Origin: Amphiscolops sp. MND2022
Lineage: Eukaryota
NCBI GenBank assembly: GCA_964187785.1
Contig: OZ076409.1
Span: 97,776,001 to 97,840,000, forward strand
Direction of reading: 5' to 3'
DNA length: 64,000 nucleotides
Shown here piece after piece: positions 63,601 to 64,000 of this stretch (position 1 is its first letter; each line of letters begins with the position of its first letter). The position numbers and the translations under genes were made by a program. A model generated the notes under the pieces. The model worked only from the letters and a program-made list of their open reading frames with translations, searched no databases and was not told where the DNA came from.

Positions 63601-64000
63601 AGAAATTTTTTTGAAAGAAAATGAAGTTTTTTTTGGCAGAAAAACGAAGGCGTCATACTTGATGACGGTAACTTTGTTGGTCCAAAAAGTAGCCTATATC
63701 TATGCTGTTCTTCTCGAAAGAGAACGGTTTCTGTAACTTTTATCAGTTTTGAGAAATATGAGCTTGGAATGAAAAAAAAATTTTCGAAAAATTTTTTGTC
63801 CTTTTTTTGCCCAAAAACACCAAGTATGAAAAAAAACTTTGACGTCAATTTTAGGCCAAAATGTAGCCTATAAAACGCTTGTACAATTTACGAAACCATG
63901 GACATTGTATTCGGTCTCACTTTTGAGATATAGGAGATCAAAGATGAAAAATTGTCAAAAATAGCGTTTTTTCAAGACTTCTTTTGAAAAAAACCCATGA
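57700..64000. repeat. 2544-bp tandem higher-order repeat containing ~185-bp subrepeats
   Basis: Identical ORFs at offset 2544 (58896/61440, 60255/62799, 60703/63247); TTCTCA(A/G)CGACCAATG-type anchors every 184-187 bp in 59271-60199. Confidence 0.92.

Overview
AT-rich animal (invertebrate-like) genomic DNA. Ten exons of a minus-strand SLC4-family anion/bicarbonate transporter gene can be read between 12071 and 51886, and most of their splice phases are consistent; the gene continues beyond the left edge. Its introns are filled with mobile DNA. (1) 1-11440: a rearranged, degenerate retrovirus-like element with a Gypsy-type DD35E integrase, a Pro/Ser/Thr-rich ORF, a class III (chuvirus/herpes gB-like) envelope gene and two further accessory ORFs. 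(2) 21913-23581: a deleted hAT transposon. (3) 23847-32520: a young LTR element with ~1.95-kb near-identical LTRs, CCCGC TSD, PBS and PPT. Its only long ORF is an intact Gag-protease-TARG1/OARD1-type macrodomain fusion with no RT or integrase; this is the most striking finding. (4) 34534-40627: a full-length but disrupted Mag-like Gypsy element. Many copies of a DINE-1/Helentron-like non-autonomous repeat, several MITEs, and a tandem/higher-order repeat region (52-64 kb) fill the rest. All family assignments come from reading motifs by eye; no database searches were run.
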